Shown here: piece by piece, positions 29,252-46,167 of the stretch
Numbering within the stretch: position 1 is the first letter of the stretch
Layout of the letters: each line of letters begins with the position of its first letter
Source of the DNA: the human T2T-CHM13v2.0 reference genome, Homo sapiens
Length of the DNA: 64,000 bases
Direction: 5' to 3' (one strand)
Assembly: GCF_009914755.1 (NCBI RefSeq)
Contig: NC_060933.1
Made by a program: the position numbers and the translations under genes
The notes under the pieces: generated by a model
Databases searched by the model: none
Told to the model about the DNA's origin: nothing
Seen by the model: only the letters and a program-made list of their open reading frames with translations

Positions 29252-29293
29252 GTATATATATATATAGTGTGTGTGTGTATATATATATATATA
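29252..29293. repeat. (TA)n(TG)n(TA)n microsatellite
   Basis: Directly visible. Confidence 0.9.
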
Positions 29294-29399
29294 ATGAAAT
29301 ACTACTCAGCAATTGGAAGAAATAAGCTACAGACACATGCCACAACATGGATGAACTTGAAACATATTATGCTCTCTTGTCCCTTATTCGTATAATGTA

Positions 29400-31385
29400 T
29401 CTGTTTGGAAAAACCCCAACCCTGGATTAACTCAACTATCTGCCTTTGCCTTGCCTGCATGCAGCTACCTCGTTCTGTGAGCAAAAATTCACAATCTGAT
29501 CAATTTTTTGTCACTATGAATTTATGATTACCAGTTTCCTCGGCAACTCAAACTCTGTCCCTACACAACTGTTTCATATTTTCTTCTCCTTAGACATCTG
29601 ATACCTCCTTTTCCCAATTATTCCTATATAGTACTCGAAGCAGATTAAGATACAGTACCTCTTACTTGACAGATAAAATAGATGCTTTCAGATAGGACTT
29701 CTGTGAACCTCCCTTCACCAAATTTGTTAACCTGCAATCTTGCTTTTCCTTTTATTTTTCATCTTTCTCACCTATTTGAAGAGTTGTCTCTCCTCTTACC
29801 TATTTTCCCACCTATTTTATCTACTAATAATTTATACTTTCTTGCTTCTGAATCTTCAACACATCCCTTTCTAATATAAACTTCCATAAATATTTAAATT
29901 GATAATGTCTTTCCCATCTTAAAAAAAATCTCAGTCTGACTTGCTTTTTTTTTCTGTACAGACACCTCTCTCCTCCCATTCACAGCAAAGCTTCTTAAAT
30001 AAATCTTAGTGATTATCTCCATTTCTTCTCTTCCTTTTTTTCCCTCAGTCTATTCTAAAATATCTTTTACCATGCTAGTGTAACTGTATGCATTAAGTTC
30101 ACCAGTGGTCTTCCCGTAACTTATTCCCACAGTCATTTTTCCATCCTTATTTGCCCTCTCAGTAGCATTCAATGTTATTGACCATTCTCTGTTTCTTGAA
30201 AGTCTTTTCCCTTGGTTTCCATGACAGCACACTCTCTCGGGCTGCTTTACTCCTCTCTATTGATCCTTCCCAGTGTCTATGGTAGTTCTACCCTTTTAAT
30301 CCAATCTAAATGTTGTAATAATTCAGTATGTTAAACTTGCTTCTTTCCTGTATATACTCTCTGAGTAATGTGACTCATTCTCACTGCTTCACTTAGCATC
30401 TATATTCTAACGATCCTTAAAAGTCTATTTCTAGCCTGCACCTTCTCCCAGGGTTCTTGACCTGTATTTGCAGCTGCCTATTGAATATCTGCAGCTGAAA
30501 GTCTCACTAATGCCTCAAACTCAATATATTTATAGTGTAATCCATCATATCTAATCCCCACTAACAAATCTGCACCAATATTAGTTGCCCACTTCTCATC
30601 AAATGGTATTACCATCTCCCTAGTTTAAGAAGCCAGAAACTTTAGAGTGATCTTTGATTTTTCCTCTCTCTTTCCTCCTCTCATCCAACCAGTGACCAAG
30701 AACCCTATATTTTATGCTCAAATTATCTCTTAAGTCCATTCACTTCTCTTTAATCCTACTGCCATTCACTAGTCCCCGTCACCATCATCTTTCATGTAGA
30801 TTACTTAGATAGCATCTGAATTGGCTCACTATTGTCCCTTTCTATACCATTCTCCATTTATTGTTACAGATATATTTTTTAAAATATAAATATGATTATG
30901 TTACATCTGTGCTTAAAATTTTTCTATGGTTTCCTACTACTTCGAAGTGCCAAATTCTTAACATAGATCCCTATATTTTCTTTGGACTTTGCTTACTTCC
31001 CTACATTTCTAGCTACAGTCATTCATAGAATACATATTTATTAAGTGTCTGCACATACTTATCAGTGCTGGGAACTACAATGAACAGATTTCTGCCTATG
31101 TGGTGCTTACACTCTACTGGAAGGAGACAGTATCAGTTCTTCAAGGAACTGCTTTCTTAATCATACACTAGTTGAGCCTTTGATTGAATGCACCTAAAAT
31201 ATCCAGAACTACTGTCTCAGAACTACCAATCAAATTATGATTACTTGCTCAGTGTCTTCATTTCTTATCAGGCTGTTAACTCTGTGGGGGAAAGGATTTG
31301 TTCTTGCTCACTGTATTTTATAGCACTTAGCACAGTATATGGTAAAGTTACAGTAAATATTTATGGAATGACTAGCTGGGATAAA
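29400..31385 (+). mobile_element. Long degenerate L2, with small antisense L2 tail at ~31017-31130
   Basis: 'ctctcagtagcattcaatgttattgaccattctct...ccttggtttccatgacagcacactctc' and 3' end 'tagcacttagcacagta...gtaaatatttatggaatgac'. Confidence 0.75.
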
Positions 31386-31634
31386 TGTCTATTTTAACCA
31401 CAATTATTTATTTATTTATTTATTTATTTAATTATGTTTTAAGTTCTGGGGTACACTTGCAGAACGTGCAGGTTTGTTACATATGTATACATGTGCCATG
31501 ATGGTTTGCTACACCCATCAACCTGTTATCTACATTAGGTATTTCTCCTAATGCTATCCCTCCCCTACCCCCGCATTTCCCGACAGGCCATGGTATGTGA
31601 TATTCCCCTCCCTGTGTCCATGTGTTCTCATTGT

Positions 31635-35768
<4,134 letters not shown>

Positions 35769-35831
35769 TGTGATGCTAGCTGGTTATTTTGTCCGTTAGT
35801 TGATGCAGTTTCTTCATATTTTCAATGATCT

Positions 35832-36856
35832 TTACAATTTGGCATGTTTTTGCAGTGACTGGTACCAGTCATTCCTTTTCATGTTTAGTGCTTCCTTCAG
35901 TAGCTCTTGTAAGGCAGGCCTGGTGGTGACAAAATCTCTCAGCTTTTGCTTTTCAGTAAAGGATTTTATTTCTCCTTTCCTTATAAAGCTTAGTTTGGCT
36001 GGATATGAAATTCTGGGTTGAAAATTCTTCTCTTTAAGAATGTTGAATATTGGCCCCCACTCTCTTCTGGCTTGTAGGGTTTCTGCCAAGAGATCCGCTG
36101 TTAGTCTGATGGGTTTCCTTTTGTGGGTAACCCGACCTTTCTCTCTGGCTGCCCTTAACATTTTTTCCTTTATTTCAACCTTGGTGAATCTGAAGAATAT
36201 GTGTCTTGGGGTTGCTCTTCTTGAGGAATATCTTTGTGGTGTTCTCTGTGTTTCCTGAATTTGAATGTTGGTCTGCCTTGCTAGGTTGGGGAAGTTCTCC
36301 TGGATAATATCCTGAAGAGTGTTTTCCAATTTGGTTCCATTTTCCCCGTCACTTTCAGGTACACCAATCAAATCTATATTTGTTTTTCTCACATAGTCCC
36401 ATATTTCTTGGAGGCTTTGTTAATTTCTTTTCACTCTTTTTTCTCTATTCTTGTCTTCTTGCTTTATTTCATTGAGTTGATTTTCAAGCTCTGATATCCT
36501 TTCTTCCACTTGATTGATTTGGCTATTGATACTTGTCTATGCTTCACGAAGTTCTTGTGCTGTGTTTTTCAGCTCCATCAGGTCATTTATGTTCTTTTTT
36601 AAACTGGTTGTTCTAATTAGCAATTCACCTAACCTTTTCTCAAGGTTCTTAGCTTCCTTGCCTTAGGTTAGAACATGCTCCTTTAGTTCAGAGGAGTTTG
36701 TTATTACCCACCTTCTGAAGCCTACTTCTGTCAATTCGTCAAACTCATTCTCTGTCCAGTTTTCTTCCCTTGCTGGCGAGGAGTTGTGTTCCTTTGGAGG
36801 AGAAGAGGCATTCTGGTTTTTGGAGTTTTCAGCCTTTTTTTCTGGTTTCTCCCCAT
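35832..36856 (-). pseudogene. Disrupted L1 ORF1p
   Basis: Start MGRNQ at 36856, frameshifted; C-terminal 186-aa piece 35832-36392 ('GVPESDGENGTKLENTL...ARREWG...YPAKLSF'). Confidence 0.93.
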
Positions 36857-37573
36857 CTTTGTGGACTTATCTACCTTTGGTCTTTGATGTTGGTGACCTT
36901 CGGGCCTCTGAGTAGACATCCTTTTTGTTGATGTTGCTATTATTCCTTTCTGTTTGTTAGTTTTCCTTGTAACAGTCAGGCCCCTTTTCTGCAGGTCTGC
37001 TGGAGTCTACTGGAGGTCAACTCCAGACGCTGTTTGCCTGGGTATCACCAGCAGAGGCTTCAGAACAGCAAAGATTGCTGCCTTGTCCTTCCTCTGGAAG
37101 CTTCGTCCCAGAGGGGAACCTGCCAGATGAGGGGAACCTGCCAGATGTTAGAGCTCTCCAGATGAGGTGTCTGTCAGCCAGTACTGGGACATGTCTCCCA
37201 GTTAAGATACACGGGGGTCAGGGAACCACTTTAGGAGGCAGCCTGTCCCTTATCAGAGCTCAAATGCTATGCTGGCAGATTTGCTGCTCTCTTAAGAGCT
37301 GCCTGGCAGCGATATTTAAGTCTGCGGAAGCTGCACCCACAGCCACCCTTTCCCCCAGGTGCTCTGTCCCAGGGAGATGGGGGTTTTATCTATAAGTCCC
37401 TGACTGGGGCTGCTGTCTTTTTTTCAGAGATGCCCTGCCCAGAGAGGAGGAAATCTAGAGATGCAGTCTGGCTGCAGCAGCCTTGCTGAGCTGAGGTGGG
37501 CTCTGCCCAGTCTGAACTTCCTGGCGGCTTTGTTTACACTGTGAGGGTAAAAATGCCTAGTCAAGCTTCAGCA

Positions 37574-37741
37574 ATGGCAGATGTCCCTCCCCCTACCAAG
37601 CTTGAGCATCCCAGGTTGACCTCAGACTGCTGCGCTTGTAGCAAGAGTTTCAAGCCAGTGGATCTTAGCTTGCTGGGCTCTGTGGGGGTGGGACCTGCTG
37701 AGCCAGGCACCAGAGGGAGTCTCCTGGTCTGCTGGTTGTGA
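37574..37741 (+). pseudogene. L1 antisense ORF0 homolog, 55 aa, shortened by TGA
   Basis: MADVPPPTKLEHPRLTSDCC...SVGVGPAEPG resembles L1HS ORF0 (MAGAPPP...ISDCC...SVGVGPSEPG); ATG context gcaATGg. Confidence 0.75.
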
Positions 37742-38019
37742 AGACCATGGGAAAAGTGCAGTATCTGGGCTGGAGTGCACTCTTCTTCCTGGTACAGTCT
37801 CTAAGGGCTTCCCTCGGCTAGGAAAGGGAAATCCTCCAACCCCTTGTGCTTCCTGGGTAAGATGACGCCTCACCCTACTTTGGCTCATCCTCCATGGGCT
37901 GCACCCATTGTCCAACCAGTCCCAATGAGAAGAACTGGGTACCTCAGTTGGAAATGCAGAAATCACCCACCTTCTGCATTGATCTCACTGGGAGCTGCAG
38001 ACCAGAGCTGTTCCTATTT

Positions 38020-38029
38020 GGCCATCTTG
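38020..38029 (-). promoter_or_regulatory. YY1 site at L1 5' end
   Basis: rc CAAGATGGCC at the expected position of the L1 internal promoter. Confidence 0.8.
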
Positions 38030-39513
38030 CCAGCAAGTCCCTACCACAATTATTTTTAATGGTGGAAATACTGCTGATGATCTTCATTATTTTATTTGAA
38101 AAAAATTTAAATCAGTATAATTAAACTACTATTTTATATAAAGAAAAAAATAAACAATACATAATTCAAAAGTCATGGATCTGAATCCAAGTGGTTTTTG
38201 CCTATATAATCTTGAGGGAGTGGAAGGAAATTTGTTTGAATTACTTTGTTTTATTCAAACTAGCAAAGCATAAGCTAAATAATCTGCTTAGAATTGAGTA
38301 GCAAATTTTTGATGGGTTATTAGGTGACTGAATCAGATACAAAAATTTAGTTATATTTTTACAATTAAATGGTGGAAACTTGCATTTAAACTTTTAAAGA
38401 GACTGTAAGGTCATGCTAGTTTGGCTTCTTAACAATTTGGTGCTTATTAAATATTTAGCAAGGCTAGTGAACAGGTTAATGTTATTGTAGGAGTGGTTTC
38501 TAGACTTTTCTACAAAGTTGAGTTCAAGGTGATCCTGTATGACCATGGTCCCCCAAAGAATCAAGATTATAAATATGCATAACATAAAGGACTTGCCACG
38601 TAAGGACCATAGAAGGCATACCGGAAATGCACTACAGGGCAATAGTTTTGGGTATTGCTAATATCATCATTATTCAAAGGTGAATTAGTTTTTAATTTAA
38701 ACATGAAATTCCATTATCAAGTTTCTGCAAGTCCTAAAAAACAATTTATTCATTTGCCTCCTCTGTACATTTTTTATACAGTATTTAATCTCTGATTTCC
38801 TTAAAGATTGCTGACATTGTTGAAAACTGGATCACTTAATCAGTGGATGGCATAAAATGAAAAAAAAATCACTCTTCGTGCTGCACGTCATTTTGCAATT
38901 ACACAACTCTCCAGTCTCTTTTAGGGCAAATGTGAAAACCAAAGGGAGGAGAATTATCAGCATATATTATGAATTTGAAAGAAGTCCTTTGATTTACTTC
39001 AATGCAAAGTACCCTTTGGGTTACTCTTTGCATAAGCTATACTGAGCTCTGCTCACATCATGTTGGTAACAATATATTTTAGTATATCATCTTTGACTTT
39101 AGTGTTGCTTTTTCTTTTTGGTTTGTGTTATTTTGAATCCTCTTCTGTTATAGAATAGTATTTATAGGACGGACTGTCATTATATATTATATATATTTAC
39201 ATACGCACTCACATAGACATACATTTTTAAAATTAGCATCACTGCTTTATCACAATGCCATACCTGGGTACATTAGATTCTTCTTATAGTGTAGCATCAA
39301 GAAAAATTATGGAGTCAAAAGAGCTGTTTTCGTATTCTAATCTGCCACTTATTAGCCATAATTGGGTATATCAACCTGCTCTTCGTTTTTAGATCCCAGA
39401 AAGGGGATTTCATCATTGTCTAAATGTACATAGAACAAAGTCAAGGAAATAAAAAAAACCTGTTTGTTGAAAAACATGATATCTAGGCAGACTGCTTCTC
39501 ATCTGATGATGAA

Positions 39514-39562
39514 GACAACAACAGCAACAGCAACAACCACAGCAACATCTGCCACAGCAACA
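39514..39562. repeat. Imperfect (CAA/CAG)n tract
   Basis: acaacaacagcaacagcaacaaccacagcaac. Confidence 0.7.
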
Positions 39563-39636
39563 TGAGGCCAACAGAAAAATTGCATCAGAGCCAGGAAAAG
39601 GAAATAGCCTGACTCAGAGGCTGAGGCTAAAAATTA

Positions 39637-39695
<59 letters not shown>

Positions 39696-39850
39696 GGATA
39701 TATATAAATATATATATGGAGAGAGTATATATATATAAAAATATTTATATTTTATCATGTATATATTTATTACAATATTTATATTTTATTTATTATAGTA
39801 TATATTTATAAATATATTTAAACAAAAAATTTATAAAACATATGTACATA
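39637..39850. repeat. (TG)4(TA)24 microsatellite followed by AT-rich low complexity
   Basis: Uninterrupted TA run 39645-39692. Confidence 0.92.
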
Positions 39851-39879
39851 TTTTAGAAAACTATTTGTTGATAAGAGGT

Positions 39880-40262
39880 ATAGGTCTTTTGAAAAAGGAA
39901 AGAATAGTATGAGGAAAGAATAGAGAAAAGGAAACAGAAATCATAGAGACGAAAGCAGAAATGTTTCCTGAAAGGAGTTTATAAAAAATGAAAAAGAGAA
40001 TTAAAAATTAAAAAGAAAACCATACCTGGATAGTTACTGGCAAAATTTACTCAGTTGAAAGGGATATAATCTCATTGCATATGATGTTTACCTGCAAAGG
40101 AATAAAAATCTTCCTGACTCAGAATTCTCCTTAGAAAGGATAAATGCTGAAGAACAATGGGACACTGATTTCGAATCTATAAGGAAACTTTTGAGACCTT
40201 ACCAATTTAATGCCTATTTAAATTAGAGTTTATGTGTAAAGGCAAGAGAAATACATATCATG
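39880..40262 (+). mobile_element. Ancient L1M/HAL1 ORF1-like fragment
   Basis: A-rich, 'catacctggatagttactggcaaaattt...ctgactcagaattctcc...aatgctgaagaacaatgg'. Confidence 0.45.
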
Positions 40263-40273
40263 TATGTAAGGTA

Positions 40274-40745
40274 TGAACAAAAGTTATTTGAAAAGAAATT
40301 AGAGGAAAGATACTTTATTTCAGTGAAGAGTTTGCAAATGAGGGCAACAGGAGCCTTTGGTGAAATCCAGCAGACTTTGTTGAAAAATAAAGCTGTGTTC
40401 CAGAGAATAAAGGGAGGGTTTGTCTTTTATTGGGAAAGTTTCTATTCAGGTTCACTTATGTAAATGAAGTGTTCAAATTTGCTTACTCTGATTAGTTGGT
40501 GTTTGTTGAACTGTGGTCGATGCTTGCTGGGTTATGACTGGCCAATGTAGGTCACAGCCTATTGGTTAGCTCAGGTAGCATAAACACAGGTAGCTATGAA
40601 AGTTCCAAAGTTAAGAAGATGTGCCGGTTCTTTTGGAACTCAGAGTAGGTGTGTGACCTCTAGTAAGCAAATGACTGTTTGGGTCTAATTTGAATTTAGG
40701 CCCAGTTAGTCAGTTAGGATTAATCTTGAGGGATTGGATCTTTCA
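40274..40745 (-). mobile_element. MER67-like ERV1 solo LTR
   Basis: rc begins 'tgaaagatccaatccctcaaga...ctaactgggcctaaattcaaa...ctagaggtcacaca'; TG...CA termini. Confidence 0.7.
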
Positions 40746-40952
40746 AAGTTCAGAAAGGCATGGAGAAATACGTACATATATTGGATGTTTTACTCCATTA
40801 TTCCAAAAATAAATAAAACATGGTATAAATGAATTTGTGGGGTTTTTTTAAACCAGTGAAACAGAATTAAGTCAAACATTTATAGTAAAATGAGTTTTTA
40901 AATCAAATGAGGGTTTCAAAATTTTTTCTCGGTGAGAAAATATGTGATCTTA

Positions 40953-41267
40953 TGGCTGCATAGTATTCCATGGTGTATGTGGACACAGGAAGGGGAGCAT
41001 CACACACTGGGGCCTGTTGTGGGTGGGGGGAAGGAGGAGGGATAGCATTAGGAGATATACCTAATGTAAATGACGAGTTAATGGGCGCAGCAAACCAACA
41101 CGGCATATGTATACATATGTAACAAACCTGCACGTTGTGCACATGTACCCTAGAACTTAAAGTATAATAAAAAAGGAAATAAAATAAATAAGAAAATAAA
41201 TAAATAAATAAAATAATAAATAAAATAATAAAATAAATAAGAAAATAAAAAAGAAATAAAATAAAAA
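40953..41267 (+). mobile_element. L1PA5-like 3' end with very short 5' inversion
   Basis: 18-bp TSD agaaaatatgtgatctta (40935-40952, 41268-41285); antisense piece ~40950-40978; ~100-nt patterned A tail. Confidence 0.93.
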
Positions 41268-41367
41268 AGAAAATATGTGATCTTAAAATTTTATTAGCAA
41301 TAATTTTGACCTAACATGTTATGTAAGGTAGGGATATATGTAGTGAAAAGGGTTCCATGTAGTTTTA

Positions 41368-41402
41368 TACACACACACACACGCACGCACGCACGCACAC
41401 AC
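41368..41402. repeat. (CA)n(CGCA)n microsatellite
   Basis: acacacacacacacgcacgcacgcacgcacac. Confidence 0.9.
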
Positions 41403-42989
41403 TGCTTTTATGTGCTCAACTGCTGAATGCAGACATGATAGCTTGTGTATGTGCACCAGGTGCCCCACACCATTATGCCATTAGTTTAAAGCTTGTATCT
41501 CTTTTGATGGGCGGAAGCTTACATTCTGATTTGCTATACTATACCCATTGATAAATGTTTTAAATGTTTTGAATATCATCCAGGTTAAATGCATGAATGG
41601 ATAAATATATTATTAGAGTTGATCTCTTCTTTTATCCTTACACATGTATTCTTCTAGATATCACCTTCACATTTAAGAATCTTTGAGCAGGTGTATATCT
41701 TATCAACACACAATAAAATTATTCCCCTCCTTCCTTCACATAAGTCACAATATTCCATTTCCATGCAGCTGCTTATCAAGTCTGAGGACTACAATGATGT
41801 TGCATTTGTGTTTTTTGTTTTGTTTTTACAATATCGAGATTTCTGTGTTCTCTACTTACACTCTACATAGTAGTATATAATCATCTAAGGCGATGACTGT
41901 TATTTCTGAATATTTTAAAACTTGCTGTTTTGTGGACACCACGGTGTACCAGGTTATTTTTATTGGGTCTCCATAGTAAGTGGATACACACTTCAGTTTC
42001 TTATTTTCTCCCTCCCTCTTTAGAGACACATTGAATATTAAGATTAGAAGAGCCCTTAGACATTGTCTTGTCATTTAAAAATTGGCTAGTACAAAATTAG
42101 TACAATGATTTGGCTTAAAATAAAGTTTAATTGAGGCAAAACTTCAACTTGTGTCCAGATCCCCTGCTCCATTCTCAGGACCTTTTAACCAGGTTAGCTC
42201 ATTTTTGGACAAACATATGCTTCCATGATTTACTAATATGCATTGCATTTTTAGCCAAAAGCTTATCATTTTGGTGTTTTAGACTGTGGTCCAGAAATAT
42301 AAATTACATTCTTTGACACCATCTGCATAGCCAGCCTTTCACCTCCCATAGCCTTCTTTCTCTTTGAAACTCCCAACTGTTAGTTGGAAGAAGCAATGAC
42401 AACACCACCTGTGCCCTCACAGCTTCCTAATCAAGAATCTCCAGTCCCAAATGATGTTTCCTGGAAACTACTTTATTGTCTAATTAATTAATAATTAATA
42501 TTTATTGAGGAGCTATTGTGTGCCAAGAACTGAGCTAGTTAGTTCTTGTCCAGTTGAATAGTAACGAGTCTGGTAATAAACATAGTGAATATTTCTATTG
42601 CAATATACAAACAAATGTTGCCTTTCTCCCCACTAAGGGTAGCTCTGTCTTCCTTTGCCCATGCAATTCCAGAGATACACCTAAGATATCTCGAAATAAA
42701 ATTTCCATTTTATTTTTTCAAAGCTTCTCTTTTTTCTTTTAAAGGTGAGCACTATGTGTTCATTTATACACATTGGGAAATTTAGATAAACAAAAAGAAA
42801 AGTATTTTATATTTACATGCTTTAATAAGATCTGGAAGGAGGTATTCTGAATCAAACCTCTCTGTGACATAGGACTTGAGGTGGGTAGAGGTGGAGACTG
42901 GAAAAGACATTTTTTTTGTTCATTTCTATGTGGCTTAAATTTTTTTATGATTTTTAATATATATATAAAATAGCTGTTATAATTAAAGA

Positions 42990-43795
42990 AAAGATCTAAA
43001 TGTAAAACATGAAACAAAAAATCTTCAAGAATAAATGTTGGGTATTTTCCTAACCTTAGGCTGGGCAAAGGTTTTCTAAATCTATATGCAGAAGCAGAAT
43101 CATAAATAAAAAGATTTTCACAGCCATTTGCTTAAAAATCTAAGGTTTATGGATATTTATAAAATCACTACAAAGTGCATACAAATAAGTTGGGATTATT
43201 TGCAACATATCTGACACATAAGGCATTATTATTTTTATCCTATAATAATCAATATAAAAAAGACAACGTTCCAATGTACCATACTATAATGGGACATTTC
43301 ATACACACTAAAAATTGTAAATGGGGATGTTTATTAAAGCATGCTCAATTTTACTTGTAATTAAAAAGCTTCATTTGAAACAACTATTACATACTATATT
43401 TTTACCAGTGAATTTGCAAAGACAAAAGAAAAACCCATTTTGGTGAGCACAAATAAAATGAAGTATAATGTTATGTATAAAAATTACTCATATGAAAAAT
43501 ATTATCATATTTTGTAACTGAAGTTTTCTTATAGAATTTTTAAAAAAGAAATTATGATTACATCAAAATTTATGTTCAATAATGGATATTATATTGTTAT
43601 ATATTATAACAAAAAATGAAAATAGCAGGTAATCCTAATATAAATTACGGTATGTTCATACTATAGAATAATACTATGCAGTCTTTAGAAATGATATTGG
43701 AGAAGAGTATTTAATGAGATGGAGAAATGGTCACAATATATTGTTAGAAGAAAAAAAAGGTTATACATTACAACATAAAGTTTGACTCCAGTTTA
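42990..43795 (+). mobile_element. Highly degenerate L1M(E) 3' region
   Basis: 'ccttaggctgggcaaaggttttctaaa...tttgcaacatatctgacacataagg...tactatgcagtctttagaaatgat'. Confidence 0.6.
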
Positions 43796-44159
43796 TAACT
43801 CCTCCTCTGTCCCTACAGGCACAAACAGAGGGGTCTTCTCTTCTGTTTTGAAACTTACCTGTAAAAGAGTCTTGATGAGATACAAAAGCAAAAAGGCAGC
43901 AGAACATATTTTTGGTTTGGGGGCCATAGTTGATATTAAATTACTTTTCTGTGTGTTTTTTTCTGAATGGTAAGTTTTCTATGATGACTATGTATTATTC
44001 TAAACTTAGAATCAAATCAATTATTTAAAGATATTAGGTAAATAGTAGTGATTATAACTATTAATATTACTGAAAACTTTTAAAGTAAGTTGAAAATTGG
44101 GTTACCAAAGATAATCCACAAAGTATATAATGAGGACTTTAATGACTTTATACAGCTTT

Positions 44160-44457
<298 letters not shown>

Positions 44458-44629
44458 TTTATATAGTTTTATATTGTCTCAAAGTGCTTTTCCACACAAT
44501 TTTTCAAAATAACTCCTCTTATAGTTTGAAATGGAAAACTGGTATTTCCTCTATGTAAAATGCTGTGCAAGTACTACCTCTAATCCCTTTTCCAATGTGA
44601 TTGCTTCTATGGAACTCCTATACAGAAAC

Positions 44630-45386
44630 TGACAAAAACAGGAGACAAGGAAATACTGAGTAGAAGAGGGCAGTTCCCTGGCAAAGGCCCCACCCTCAAG
44701 CCTGGAAACCTGTGGCCCTACATGAGAACAGATATTCCTGTTTTTGAGCCCAAAAGTTGACTTTTGGCCTGCCACACCCCCCATCCTGTGTCCATGTAAA
44801 CCCCAAAGTCCCAGCTCCACGAGGAAATGAACAGAAGAGCAGAAGAATGGCAGAACGGCAGGGCAGAGAGAAGAGAAGGAGAATATGAACCCCGAGAGGA
44901 GTTTGGCTGTGGAGGAGATAGGCCACTGGATGGCCGAACTCCAGGGGAAGGTTGTCTTCTCATTCCATCCCCCTTCCAGCTGCCCATCCATCCCACTGAG
45001 AGTCACCTCCACCATTCAGTAAAACCCCTGCATTCATCCTTCAAGTCCGTATGCCACCTTATTCTTCCTCGATGCCAGACAAGGACCTGGGTACCAAGAG
45101 GGCACTGAGTTGGTTAACACTTAAGCCATCCACGGATGGCAAAGCTAAAGGAGTGCACTGTAATACATACTCACTTGTGCTTTGGGAGTCACAGGCTCCC
45201 ACCCGTGGACACTGCTGTGGGGCTACAGCCCAGGGGCACTCACCTCAGCTCCTGCACCTGCCCATCTGTGTGCTCCCGCTCCCATGAGGGGTTTGAGTGC
45301 ACGCCATGGCCGAACAGATGAGCCACAACCCTGTTGGACGTCCTGAGGCGGGGTGGGGGGGTGTGCAAGGGAACTCTCGTGTTTCA
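44630..45386 (+). mobile_element. MER50-like ERV1 solo LTR
   Basis: TG...CA, 757 bp; 'caggagacaaggaaatactgagtagaagagggcagttccctggcaaaggccccaccctcaagcctgg'; TSD aaac / aaat. Confidence 0.8.
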
Positions 45387-45404
45387 AAATTATGGAACTG
45401 CTGC

Positions 45405-45545
45405 TGGTATGGAAGTTATTTTCCCTATTTTACTGATGGAGAAATGGAAGTTTAGACAGCAGGTTCTTGTGCAAATTTACATCACTAACAAATTCAAGTA
45501 CATGGTTGAATCCAGGTCTTCTGTATAACTTTCTTAATGCTCCTT
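45405..45545 (-). mobile_element. MIR fragment
   Basis: 'ccctattttactgatggagaaatggaagtttaga...gaatccaggtcttctg'. Confidence 0.65.
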
Positions 45546-45746
45546 ATCTGCCCCAAACTGCCCATCTTCATGGGTAATCTAGAGTTACCATTTTTTTTTC
45601 ACTTCTGTGATATGTGAGAAGAAAAAGGATTAAAATTTACTTATATTTTATTGTTAGGATTTTACCAGCTTGAGAATATGGCTTGCAGTCTATCAGTGTT
45701 TTCTCTGTCTTGCTTTGACCCTGCTGAGAGACAATTTTGAAGGATG

Positions 45747-46167
45747 TTGTTATGTGTTGAGTTGTGTCTCCCCACCAAGAGATGTTGGAACCCTAACTTT
45801 CAGCACCTGAGAATGTGAATAATTTGGAGATAGGGTCATTGCAGATTTAATTAGTTAAGTTAAAATAAAGTCATTAGGATGGATCCTGATGAAATATGAC
45901 TAATGTCCTTATAAAAAGGAGAAATTTGGACACAGACATACACACATACAAGGAAAATCAAGCTGATGCACCTGCAAGCTAAGGAACACCAAAGGTTGCC
46001 AGCAAACTCCTGCAACAGATCTTTCCCTAGTGCCTTCAGAGGGTTGTGCTGACATGTTGATCTTAGACTTCCTCATCTTGCCTCCAGAACTGAGACAATA
46101 ACTTTTTGTTGTTTGAAGCCACCAGTTTGTGGTACTTTATTATGACAGCCTCCCAAAACTAGTACAG
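45747..46167 (+). mobile_element. MLT1B/C-like MaLR solo LTR
   Basis: 'tgttatgtgttgagttgtgtctcccc...gtttgtggtactttattatgacagcctcccaaaactagtaca'. Confidence 0.82.

Larger units (their letters stand above)
28820..29375 (+). mobile_element. Ancient L1M 3' region
   Basis: 'gtgagataccactacatgctcactagaatgg...ggcaaggatgtggagaaactgaaacc...acaacatggatgaacttgaaacatattatgct'. Confidence 0.8.

Noticed and set aside
39514-39562. CAG/CAA tract as polyglutamine exon
   Set aside because: Short, imperfect, no supporting ORF or splice context
44551-45321. ORFs up to 154 aa
   Set aside because: Lie inside the MER50-like LTR, no retroviral protein motifs
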